NCBI GenBank assembly: GCA_013265495.1
Contig: MU058423.1
Coordinates: 5,810,745 to 5,874,744, forward strand
Direction of reading: 5' to 3'
Origin: Vicugna vicugna
Taxonomy: Eukaryota
Length of the DNA: 64,000 bases
Positions 12,441-24,260 of this stretch are shown here, piece by piece. How positions within the stretch are numbered: the stretch's first letter is position 1; each line of letters begins with the position of its first letter. A program made the translations under genes and the position numbers. The notes below the pieces were generated by a model, which searched no databases, was not told where the DNA came from, and saw only the letters and a program-made list of their open reading frames with translations.

Positions 12441-12563
12441 TACGCAGCAGAGGGGGAAGGTGAAAGTTTCTTTTGTAGTCATTTTGGCCTTGATTGTTTC
12501 AATTTGAAATAATATGCATGCCAAAGAGACATTTTGGAGTGCCAACAATTTTGCTTCCCTACA
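12441..12563 (-). mobile_element. LTR 5' end (probable 5' part of I)
   Basis: Reverse complement tgtagggaagcaaaatt...ccaaaatgtctctttggcatg matches the start of F. Confidence 0.75.
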
Positions 12564-13687
12564 ATGGGAAGATTACTTTTCCTCCCTTACACTTAATTTT
12601 AAAATAGCATTTGATCCTTTTTAACATATCTGAAAAAAACGATTTTCACTTCACCAAATTTTGCCAAGTAATCTCAAATATTGATTCTATTTTTCTCAAG
12701 TTCACAAAAAAGTCTTTTTCTTTAAAAAAAAAGCTGGAATTTTGTGACTGTATTAAATATTTATGTTTACAATGATAAATGTTAGTTTTAATTTACAATT
12801 CTAATTGTAAATATCTCTTCTACCCACTAGCAATTTTTTTTTTTTACTTAAGCATGTTGCATGTGCCTCTCTCATTTATCCCAAGTGAACATGAAATCTC
12901 TTTGTTCAAGCACTATTCTCTTATTTATCCAATCACCCTTCACTACCTTATTTTTATGTTCCTGATTCCCACTGGACATAATGTACCCCATTTATGTGAT
13001 TTACATCCTCTTCATTCCTATGCACATATATTTTATCACAGGTTTTTACTTTTTCCTCTTCTTCTTTAATATTTATATGGTCAAAGTATTTTTAGTAATG
13101 CTTTTTTTTGTTCTTATAGAGATAAAAGCTCAAATTTATCTGCTAAACTTGATGATGCAATGATAGACTTTAATAGCTCTGCAAGGTTCATTGATATTTA
13201 GTTGATGCATAAAATTTATTGCAGTCTCATTGATAAAAAATGAGTCATGACTGTTGGCTCTAAGCATGATAGTATTGAATTGAGAGTATAAATCATTTAT
13301 TAACACACAGTGTTATATAAATCAACTTTTATAACTAGACTGTAAAAATTACTTTAATTTGCATTCAAATAACATCCAAAAATGCTAACACATTTTAAAA
13401 GAAAATAGCATGAGACATTTTTTATCTCCTGTCCTTAATATTCTGACACTTACAAAAATATACATAAATTTCTATTTTTTTAAATCCTGAAATCTGTCTC
13501 TATACCATGTTCACTACTAGTTCCAATGCCATACAGTTAAAGCTCATTTGAATTTAGAGATCATCTTTCTCTGTATTTCAGTATTTTTCACTTGCTGATC
13601 TATTTTTTTTTCTTTCTTTTTTTTTTTTTTTTTTGGAAAGTAAGTTTAGCTAACACTATTAGCCAGACTGGAAAACACACAATATCT

Positions 13688-14323
13688 TGTTTAATGTAAG
13701 CCTTACCTTTTTCTCTTTTTTAATTTCAAAGTTTAGGTTTTACCACTCTACAGTATTCATCAGATTACTTTTAATGATGAGTAGTTTGCATCTGCCAACT
13801 AAATACTGGCACTTGCCACCTGCCTCTACAGTGGTTGGATCATGTTGGCACTTGCCATCTAACTCTGTTTGGATTAAATCATAAACTGCTGTCAGCCACT
13901 GCTGACGTTGACCTTCAAAACACCCTGAAAGGAGTTCAGGGTGGAGATCAGGAATGAGGCACTCTGGGCTCTGGGAAAATTGGCAAAACAGGCCTTCAGA
14001 TAGTTCAGATACTTAAGATATTCTCAGGAGAAGATTTTAGGACCCCAAAGATTTGCATCTCCTCATGTCTAGAAAAGCACTAAATTCATTAATGGTTACA
14101 TCTGCTCCTTGTGACTAGCAGCAAGCCTCTGCCTAAATGTGTGCTTGAGTACATGCACCCCCTCCACTAAAATTCTGTATATAGCACTGAGTTTCCCCCT
14201 GCCTCTTCGGAGCAGGTCCTCAGAGCCATCTGAGATGCTGTCTCCCAAGTTATAGTCCTCATTTTGCACCAAGTAAAACTTAACCCACAATTCTCATGTT
14301 GTGTGATTTTATTTCAGTCAACA
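13688..14323 (+). mobile_element. ERV solo LTR 'M'
   Basis: Ends TCAGTCAACA. Internal ggcacttgcca repeats. Possible TSD TATCT (13683-13687, 14324-14328). The 5' boundary could instead be ~13775. Confidence 0.75.
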
Positions 14324-17300
14324 TATCTAACCCCTTATTAGACTTAATACTGGAGGACAACAAATCTATACTAGCAAATGGCATCCTGATCTCTCTTTCT
14401 ATTTTTAAAAATTATGAAGTATACTAAAAAAATACTTCCATAAGAGTATGAAATATATTTGTTTATAAAGAGTAAAATGTTGAGGAGGAATGAAAATAAC
14501 ATAACTAAGATACAGTCAGATTTTTCAAACGTATTATTCATAAAAGTCATTATAGTAGAATAAAAATATTTTAGTATTTTTTCATACGTATCACTTAAAA
14601 ATTCATAAAACTATTATTCATAATAAATAGATGACTGCAGAGGCAAAATATAGTGTGATTTCTCAATTTAAAGTATGTTCTCTTTATTTCTTAAAATGTT
14701 CGTAAATCTTTTCTACCAAATATTGTTGGTAAAATACCATAAATACTGAAAAAAATTCAAAATAAAACTGTTGTCCCTTAGCTGGTATTTCATACCAATG
14801 CAATATGATCTCCATTATAATAACCTACTCTATGAAGATTAAATGCTTTTGAAATTCAAACATGGTAAAATTGGTTTAAAGCAAAATCAAACACTAGTTT
14901 GCTGGTTCAGGATTTGAATAGCGGAATGAGAAATCTCCCTTATATTGCTATTGTGCACTGGTCAGCTAAGAAGTAATTGCTTTTTATAAGACAAATTTGC
15001 TTTTACTTTTCTAAGGTAATGAAATGAACCTGAAACATTTCCTTTGAAATCAAAGTCACTATCCCTCAAATGTCACCAGACAAATTCCATCATATAGTTT
15101 CTGCAAACACATAATGAGAAAGTTGGGCCTGGAGTTGACTGACAGAATTCTATTACAAAGCCTTCTCACACATTCACCTATAATTATCTGTGTTGTAAAC
15201 CAATACTGATTTGATTTCTTCATATTTGTGTGCTGCTAACATGGAGGGAAATCCAAATCATATATATTTCTGACAAATAAATAATGCAGAAATGTGCCAA
15301 TGTGCTGACACTCCCACCTTGATTCCTGATTTATTTGTGGTATAGCACACAAATGTGCAATGATACAGTGTGACAAATGGTTAAAAAAAAGCGATTAACA
15401 ATAACTATGCACATAATTATTTAACATATAAAGGGAAGATTAATTCTTTAGCAGCATTAATTTACACATAAAAGCAAAAAACAGAAATTTCTTTCCAAGT
15501 GAAATATGACAGCTCACATTAGTTGGCTGGTTAAAAGTAAACTAGTTTTAAACTGTTGAACATTTTAAATCTCTGTCTGCTGATTTTTCTGTGGTGAGTT
15601 TTATCTATCTGCACTGAGTTTTCTGAAAAATACATACAGTTTATGAAAGTTGTATTACACAGATTTTTCAAAACATAAACACCATAGGAGTGTTTTCATT
15701 TAAATAGTTTTTCAGGAAATGACTTTGAAATAACTTCTTTATCTGATAACAAGCTACTAACATATAATGATTTAATTGGCTAGTAAGCAATTTTCTTTTG
15801 GTTCTTTGCCATGCCCCAATCTTGAATTATTTTGTAAAAGCATGACATTAGTGTCAAAGGAATCTGTGAATGGAATAGAATAAACCAGTATAATAACTAA
15901 AAAGACAGTAAAAAAGCACATGACACCAGGCAATGCAAATAATTTTTTAGCTAATGTCAAATCATTACTTCAGTCACATTTTAGAAACTTACTGAATTTT
16001 CCATTACCTAATGTTACACACAACTAAAGCCATATGGTAATGTAGACATTCCTAGGTGTTCAGCTGGCTACCGGGATCCAAACTGTATAAATCACATATT
16101 ATTTTATTTGACCTCAGGACCTCTTTGGTATATGAAAAGTTCTGCTTTATTGTTTTAATTCACATCTGGAGATATGAATTATTACTTATCTTCTCTTCTA
16201 GCTCAATACTGAGCAAGACATAACTTCTCTCTCACATTTCCAAATCTGATGCTTATAATCAAATGATTTATTGACTACAAACACAATATATCAATATGCA
16301 GCCCCAGCAGAAATAATGCATCTATATCAAAGATCATTTTCCCTAGATGACTGCCCATTATAGGAACTTCTTCAAAATGCATGTGTGTCTAATTTGCTGC
16401 TATCTTTATAACATCAATTTTTTCTGCAATGCATGTATTTACATGGAATAAATACTGTGGTGTGAGAAAAAAGAGTCTTGACAGAAAAACTGCTAAAGGA
16501 GATGTGAAGCATGACATTAACTAACCTTGTTATGTGATATTGATCCCACTTGTATAACTTCACTGAATCACAATTTATTTATATTCAAAATAAGGTAATA
16601 GGATTAGTGAAGGCCTCAGTTCCTTTACCTGTTGCCTTTACTTTTGTTTGACGTGCATTCTCACTTGCTAGGTCCAGGTAATGTTTTACACTCTCCAAAA
16701 CAAATTATTCAGCTTTCTTGTATCATCTTACTAACTACAGGTTTGCACTGAAAAACTAATGGACATAACTGGAAAGGTTTGTAGCTATATCTACATAACG
16801 AAAACAAATTAGCCAGGACATGGTTTGTACATGATCTGTACAGACATTTTGAAGAGCTGTCTTCAAAATAATTTTTTAACCTGAATGAGGCAATCAAATT
16901 AAGCTCTAAAAATGAAAACATCCATTGTTCAGATAATTTCTATGAATTGCTCATATAACATGTACATAAAATTATAATACCATCTGTCCCAGACCTTAAT
17001 GTACCTGAATTTGTAAATGTTTGTTCTTAAATATAATGTGAAATTTCATACATAGAAAAGTTCTTAATATTATATTCTTAAATAAAATTAGATGCTTTCC
17101 TATGAGACATGAATTTCTAGACAGCTTAGAAATTTTTTTTCTAAGGTCAATTGCATTATTTAGCTGCTTGATTCCCACTGAAGAAAGGGGCACTCACTCA
17201 GCATGTTCAGTGCTTTCTCCGAAGGCCATTTTGTGTTAAATGTAAAAGTGTTTCCTATATATGCTCAAGTGAACTGTTGAGAGGAATAACTCCATTTAAA

Positions 17301-17701
17301 ACAATTGATTCTCAATTTTGTTTCTAAGTAATATCAATCAGTAATATCCAATTCGTTGATTTTAATTCTGCTTTACAAAGTTGATTTTTTTAAAAACAAA
17401 GGTGGCTAGACTACCTGCATGGAAGAAAACTAAAGCAAAAGTCAGTTTATTTCTAACTGCACTCCCCAATCCATGGCACTTACACATGCTTTCAGTGTCT
17501 AAGAGGCTCTGCGAAGATCAATTAATTGCTATGAAGTCCTCCTGAGAAAAACAGGGCTGGATTGACCTAGAAAGGAAAGAAACATCAGACTAAAAGACAT
17601 TCTTGAGTAAAAAATTCAGATTTCTATAATCTGGGAGCACTTTTCTTTGTCTTCATTAGTACTCTCCCTGTAGAAAAGGTTTTTTTGGTCATATTTAATT
17701 C

Positions 17702-18166
17702 TGTCAACTGAAAGAAAAACACACAATGTAAGAGCTGTGAGTTGAGTTTTGCTCAGAGTGCCTTACTGAGGACGACAGCCCAGAAGACAGCCTCAGATAG
17801 CTCTCAGGAAGGGCTCTGAAGAGGCAGGGGGAGAGGCCAGTATATATGATTTTGGCTACAGAGTATGGTTAGTCAACCCTACATCTTGGTGGAAGGTTAC
17901 TGCTAGTCATGAGTAACATGTTTCTCAGCTAACAGTTGAAGGGCTTTTCTAAGTATGGGAAGACACAAGAATACGGGTTCATGAAAACTTTTCCTGAAAT
18001 ACATCTAACTATCTAAGGACCTTTTTTGCCTGTATTCCCAGAGCACAGAGTACCTCATCCTGTTCTTCCTGGATTCCTTTCAGGGTATATTGTAGGTCAG
18101 GGACTGCAGTAGCTAATGACTTGATCCTTGAAGAGCTGGATAGTGGGCAACATTCTTTGTTTTATA
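17702..18166 (-). mobile_element. ERV solo LTR 'N' (same family as M, opposite strand)
   Basis: Begins TGTCAACTGAAA. Reverse-complement homology to ~13845-14323 (ccctgaaagga, gactagca, ctgtc.tc). Confidence 0.8.
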
Positions 18167-19184
18167 TGTCATATGACATTTTGATTGTAAGTTAAGATGT
18201 TCAGGATTATTATTTATTTTAGAAAGCTGAGTAAGTATTCAAAAGCACAGAGCATTTTTAACCCACCTACAGTAGGTACTCATATAGCTTTAAAACCTGT
18301 ATTTTGATTCCTTAATAAGAGTATAAAATAATGTCCTATTAGAAATAGAAAAAAATAACTATATATTACAGACATATTCATAATAAAGTTATTAAACTGC
18401 ATTAAAATATTTATCTATATGTGCATTTGTGAATATAATAGATACTACTGGCATATTTCTAGGGTTGTAGTCAGCTTTATAATTGAAGTATGTGAAACGA
18501 AATGCGTAGTGTTAAAACTGCCAAATTTATAATTTTGATTGTTATTCTCTTTGATACCATGGAATGAAATTAATTAATTATGCTAAATATCATTTTTGAA
18601 ATTGATTTAAAACTTTACCCCAAAAGTAAATAGATACACTCTGCTAGACCACTGAAGATGTTTTCTATGACATTTTAATAAGCCAGGTTGTAATTTAAAT
18701 TTAATCAGACAAACTATTATCACAAAAGAATTTGCAATAATAAATAATTCAGTATAAAATAGGCATAGAGAATGAGTGCAAAACAGTGTTGAGAAGTGAA
18801 TGTTTAAAATCATGTTTAATGTTGGTTATCAAAAACGTTTACCAACGGTCACTGTTCAATTAATTTGGGTGATTTTGATAACAAAAAAACTCCTTTTGAT
18901 TTCATTATTGGTGAATAATTTTGATCAGTTAAAAACCAAACTGATTCTGAGCAACAATTAGTTATTTCTTCATTTAAATTTTTTCCTTATGTTTTAAGAA
19001 GAGTCTGTTAAGTAAAAACATATTAATATTTGAGATTTTTAAATAAATTACCAAAATTGTAGATGGCACAAGCAAAGAAAAATGAGAGAATGAAGCAATC
19101 GTGTATATGCATATTACCCATTTTCCATCTCTAGGCTGAGGTGAGCAACAAGAGAAAACTGAAGGGAGTCTGAGTGAGTACATA

Positions 19185-19391
19185 AATTCTCAAGAGCTAC
19201 TGTGACAAAGTACCATAAACAAATGTGGAGGCTTAAAGAAACAGCAAGTTATTCTCCCACAGTTCTGGAGGCTAGGAGTCTGAAATTAAAGTGTTGGTAG
19301 GGTTGGTTCCTCCTCTGGGCTTAAAGGAAAATCTGTTTCATGAGTTTCTCCTGGGTTCTGGCTGTTTCCAGACAACTTTGGCATTCTTTGG
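19185..19391 (-). mobile_element. MLT1 (MaLR) LTR fragment
   Basis: gctactgtgacaaagtaccataaac...cacagttctggaggctaggagtctgaaatt. Confidence 0.8.
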
Positions 19392-19600
19392 TGTTATGTG
19401 CTGGTGTCAGTCTATCGATAACCAATGTAGTGGCTGGACAGGCCCTTGCACTTCTTATTGTGATTGTAAGGCACCCTCATCATAGCCAGAGAAAACTGTG
19501 AAAAAGAAAATTTTGTCTTTTCAGAACTAGGAAATTACATGGCACACCTAGGGCCACACAACCAGGTCGTGGGTTGAGAGAGAGAGAGGGGTGGAAATTA
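19392..19600 (-). mobile_element. truncated ERV LTR fragment 'O'
   Basis: Abrupt TGTTA start that truncates the MLT1. LTR-like catggcacacctagggccacac...gagagagag. Family and strand uncertain. Confidence 0.45.
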
Positions 19601-19639
19601 AGATTACAGACATTTTGTTTTGGTGACAGACATCAATCA

Positions 19640-20089
19640 TTTTTTGGTTACCATCCACATGTATCTATTCTGAAGGGCTTGGCACAGTAGACAGTAAGTT
19701 TACTTCTAGAAGCTTTTCCTGTACCAGGATGGCTAGTAATAGTTTAACTACATACAGAATTGGCAGATAACCACAAAATTAACTTTACAATATCCAAACT
19801 AAATGTATTGCCAATGTAATTAGCTTTTACTGAAATCCCCAAATTTCTACAGTCCCTTCCATATGACTCAATAAGAGGGGAAATGTGATGCAAGGGAAGT
19901 CAAAGAAGAAAAATCAAGCAGCATTAAGCAATTACAGCTAAAACATCTTACTTTTGAGGATTTTATAAAAATATCAATGTTCATGTGAGTATAATTGTAG
20001 AGCATCTTTGAGGGCTTTGGAAGGGGCTCACACAGGTTCCAGGGGCCCTGAAACATAAATTTGAACAGCTCCATGATAAATCTGCTCTG
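19640..20089 (-). mobile_element. hAT-Tip100 DNA transposon remnant (Arthur1/MER69-like)
   Basis: Reverse complement starts cagagcagatttatcatggagc...ttcagggcccct...ccccttccaaagccct...aaaagtaagatgttttag. Confidence 0.65.
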
Positions 20090-21943
20090 CTTAAAGCTTC
20101 CTTCCCAAAACGTTAAACATGGTATGAGGTAAACTCCAGCAGACTTCTAGATTCCGGGGAAGAAGACAGAACTTTTCTTAGAGTTTAGCAATTTCAAATG
20201 GGACTGTTTGGATTAAGATTTGACCAAGCTTTATATAAGATGGAAAATTGAATACATTTTCTACTCCAGGGAGAAAAATCAGAGATCAGCTAATATTGCT
20301 CCTCCTTTCAAAAAAAAAAAAATAACAGTTAATAATCAAATAAATAAATGATTATCTTACTGAAGAAAATATCTGGTAATCTTACATAATGTAAGGGAAC
20401 AAATGCCAAAAGAAAACTATATAAAATATAATATAATGCAACAGTACAGCAACCAACACAAAAAAGAACACAAAGGTAGTCAGCATCAAGAATAATTATG
20501 TGACAATAGATTTGAATAAGAAATTGGAATATATTTCAGACTGACCAAAAAATAGGGAAAAAAAGTGTTCTTCATGTCAAAAAGACTATAGAAAGTCCGG
20601 CTCATAATGTGAGAGGGAAAAATAAGGAAATTACAGTCAATATATAAAACATAGTAAATAATGAGAGAATGTAAACAGTTGGTAGATTATTAGAAAGGAT
20701 AAAAGGTATGGAAATATTGCACCACATTTCATAAGAGTCAGAACGCAGCAGTAAAACAAAACAAAACAAAAGCTAATCCGAACACAAGCTAGATAGTTAA
20801 CATGGTTTACATAGTTATTATGAAACACCCACTGTTCCATAGCTGACCAACTTTAGAATCATCCTATAGACAAAGCAAAGGAGATCTAGGGTAACAAAAT
20901 TAAATGTAAACTTTACAATATTGAAAAAGTCAAAGTAGAAAAGATGTTGATGGGTGGAGGAGGGGTGGGGTAATAGAGCATAGGATAAGATAATAATTTT
21001 TTATTACAAAGTATATCAAAAATACTGACTAAATCTGATGAAACAATAATGCATGCTTACTATTAAAAGACACAAAAGTAACACAGAGGAAGTAAGCACA
21101 GGAGTAATTATATTCGCAGAAGAGGTGGGGAAAAAGGATAAATAGGTAAAAGTGGTGGGTAGGAAGGAGCAGGGCCAGAAGATTTTTATTTGCTTTATGA
21201 GTCTTATTGTGCTACCCTGGCGTCTTTAATCAAAAGGATATATGACTTTGATAAATAAATGTGTGTTAACATAAAATAAAACATTCTGTAAGCATAAACC
21301 TTAAATATTGTTTAAAAAAGCATAGAAAATTATCAAATATCAACTTAGCGATTAGTTCCTGAAATTGTTAAAGTATTTGAAAACAAATATCAATTTCAAA
21401 ACTTCAATAGAGAAAGATTAATGAGCTTTAAAAATGACTAAGTCAGGTATAAAGTGTATGTTTAGACCATGCTATAAAATGTCATAATGTGAATTTTCCT
21501 TTAAACGTCATTATTTGAGATTTCCCACAGTGATTTATAAATGGAGTTATTTCTAATAATGTAATCAACTGAGGAAAATCTGGACTAATTGTTGTTTCAA
21601 AAGATGATGGACTCATGCACGTAACCTTTGCGGTGATGGTGTGGGCAGTTAAATCTAATGCTTAAGTCCACTATTCAGGGTCCTGCCTGTCAATACTTAG
21701 CAATTCTGATGATGCTCATGACTTACAGACATTTGTTTAGAAATTAATATAACATAAAATTGAGAATTAATTTACACATAAAGTGCTTCATAAATAATTC
21801 ACATTTGTATGTGTTTGTATACACTGCCCTGTATGTTAAAATAACTACATATATCTTTAATTATCAAAAATATTCTATAATTTCAGTAATATGTTCTAAC
21901 AGGATCAACCATGAATAACACAGACTCAAAGTAACAGCAGCTT

Positions 21944-21978
21944 ATATATGTGTATATATGTATATATGTATATATATA
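21944..21978. repeat. (TA)n/(TG) microsatellite
   Basis: tatatatgtgtatatatgtatatatgtatatatatat. Confidence 0.85.
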
Positions 21979-21979
21979 T

Positions 21980-22790
21980 TTGTCCCTGGGGTACTTGATA
22001 AATGAATATTCTGCTGGTTCATATATTTCAATCATGTCAAGTATTTAGACTGAGTTGGTCACATTTTATATGCTTGTTGATTTTCCCAACTATTAAGAGA
22101 CTTATTTTAATGTTTTTGACTATGCTTGTAGATTTGCGTAGCTTTGCTGTTATTTTGTCAGTTTTTTTTATTCCTATATGTTGTGGCTTTATTTTCATAT
22201 ACATACAGATTAAAATTTACTCCTGTTGCACTGGTTTATCACTGTATTATTAAGAAATGTTCCCATTTTTGTCTAACAATGCTTGCCTCTAAATCTACTT
22301 TATCTAATAATTTACTTTGCCAACTATAACTACAACAGCTTTCTTTTGGTTCCTACTTGCATGCTTTATCTTTTTTTTATTTTTCTATATTCAGTCTATT
22401 ATCTTACTTTTCAGTTAAGCTTCTGGAGAACAACATACATTAGGTTTTGTATACTAGCATCTGCTCTAACAATCTTAGTTTTTAGTTACATTTTAAAATT
22501 TTATATATATATATATTAAATATAACTACTGACTTATTTGGGTTGACAAGTTCCCTCTATTTTTATTTCATAAATTTTACCTTTTTAATATCATTCTTTT
22601 TCTCCTTTTTAATCTTCTTTTGAAGTGACTGAATAACTTGTTATTTATATATTTCTTTTTCAACTTACCAAGTGGATATTCTTTTACATTCTTTTTGGTT
22701 TAAACTCTGGAAATTACAAGATGGATCTTTAATTTAAAACAGTTACTAGAAATTATAATTTCAAAATTTCCCACACCTAATCATATCCTA
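21980..22790 (-). mobile_element. old L1 fragment
   Basis: T-rich; aaatctactttatctaata...cagctttcttttggtt...ttgcatg. Confidence 0.6.
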
Positions 22791-22799
22791 ATAAGCTTC

Positions 22800-24260
22800 T
22801 TAAAAAAAAGAAAGGAAAAACTATAAGAGATCACAGAAAAAACACCTGCAAAGGAGCAAAAATAGAAATGACAATGAATTTTTGGTAAAAATGATGTAAA
22901 TCAGAAAAAAAAAGACATCTTTAAAGTGCTGAAAGAAAATTTAAAATAGCAACCTGGAATTCTATACTCAGTTGAAATGTTCTTTTAAAACTGAAGGCAA
23001 AATAAATTAATTTGGGGGAAAACATATATTAATGCAAATTGACAGCAACAGAGTCACACACACACACGCACACACACACACACGCACACAAAGTAAAGGG
23101 AAATTAGGGAAAAACACTTCCGAAAGAAAGCAGTGAAATTTAAAAAGTAAGTATGAGCATTAAAAAGATTAAATATATTTGAGTTACTCTTAATTAGATT
23201 AAATAATAAAAATGTCATACAGTTTAAAATATATGTGGGTTAAAAATACATGGAAACAAATTTTTAAATCTGGAAGTATGTTAATTCAGTTAAGTCTACT
23301 AAGGTCCTAGCATCGTTTTAAAGTGGTAAAGGTCATAATTTAAATTAGAATAAAGTAACTCAAGTATGTGTGTTGTAATTTCAAGGATGAACTCTCACAC
23401 ACACACAGTGAAGCCAATAGAAGATTAAAAAAAAAATTTGTTTAATCCATTTGAAGACAACAAAGAACATAAAGAGGGAAATAGCAAAATTGCTGCTAAA
23501 AAGGAGAAATAACAACATTTATATTAAGTTAAAATTTATTAAATGCTAAAATTAAATGACGAAAATTATAAGATTAATTAATAAAACCTAAACTACATGC
23601 CATTTATAATAGACATTGTATACGTGGTTGCAGTGAAGTTGACTATAAAAGGAATAAATTAGTTATAATAGGCAAATATTAACAAAAGGAAGCAAATTAG
23701 CTATTCTCGCATCAGTCAAGGTAAGAATTTGAACCTGTATGTAAAAGAAATTTGTCAAATTTTCAGGCCTAAACAATCTCGTTGATAATTTCTCCCAAAC
23801 ACTGAAAGAAAAAGTAACACTAATTTTATATAAATTCTATGGAAAAATAGAAAATGTAAGGAAACTTCTTAGCTCATTCTATGAGACTATTTTCACATTG
23901 GCCACAAAATTTTATAAAGACATTACAAGAAAGAAAAACAAGTCAATGTTTACCTTAAACTTAGAGGTTAACATACTATTTGAATTGTTATAAATCAAAT
24001 CTCATAAAGTAAAGGAATAATACTGTACCTTGACCAAATGGGTTTAGCTTCAGGATCACATAATTACTTTAACATCAGAACATAAAATATATTTCACGAT
24101 ATTTATAGTCTTAAGGACAGAAACCATCTCAGTAGGCAGAAAAAGTTTTGACAAAAAGAAAAACATTAAAACAATATTTTGTTTTAGCAAACTAGAAACA
24201 GCAGGGAACTTCTTTCATCTGAAAGAATCTGCAAAACAAATAAAAAATAAATAGAAATAA
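22800..24260 (+). mobile_element. old L1 fragments (ORF1 end / ORF2), containing (CA)n at 23055-23089
   Basis: gacatctttaaagtgctgaaagaaaa...aacctggaattctatactcag; ctcattctatgagac; tagcaaactagaaacagcagggaacttc. Confidence 0.75.

Noticed and set aside
18166..18179. 14-bp palindrome ATGTCATATGACAT at the edge of LTR N
   Set aside because: Short enough to occur by chance, with no other support.
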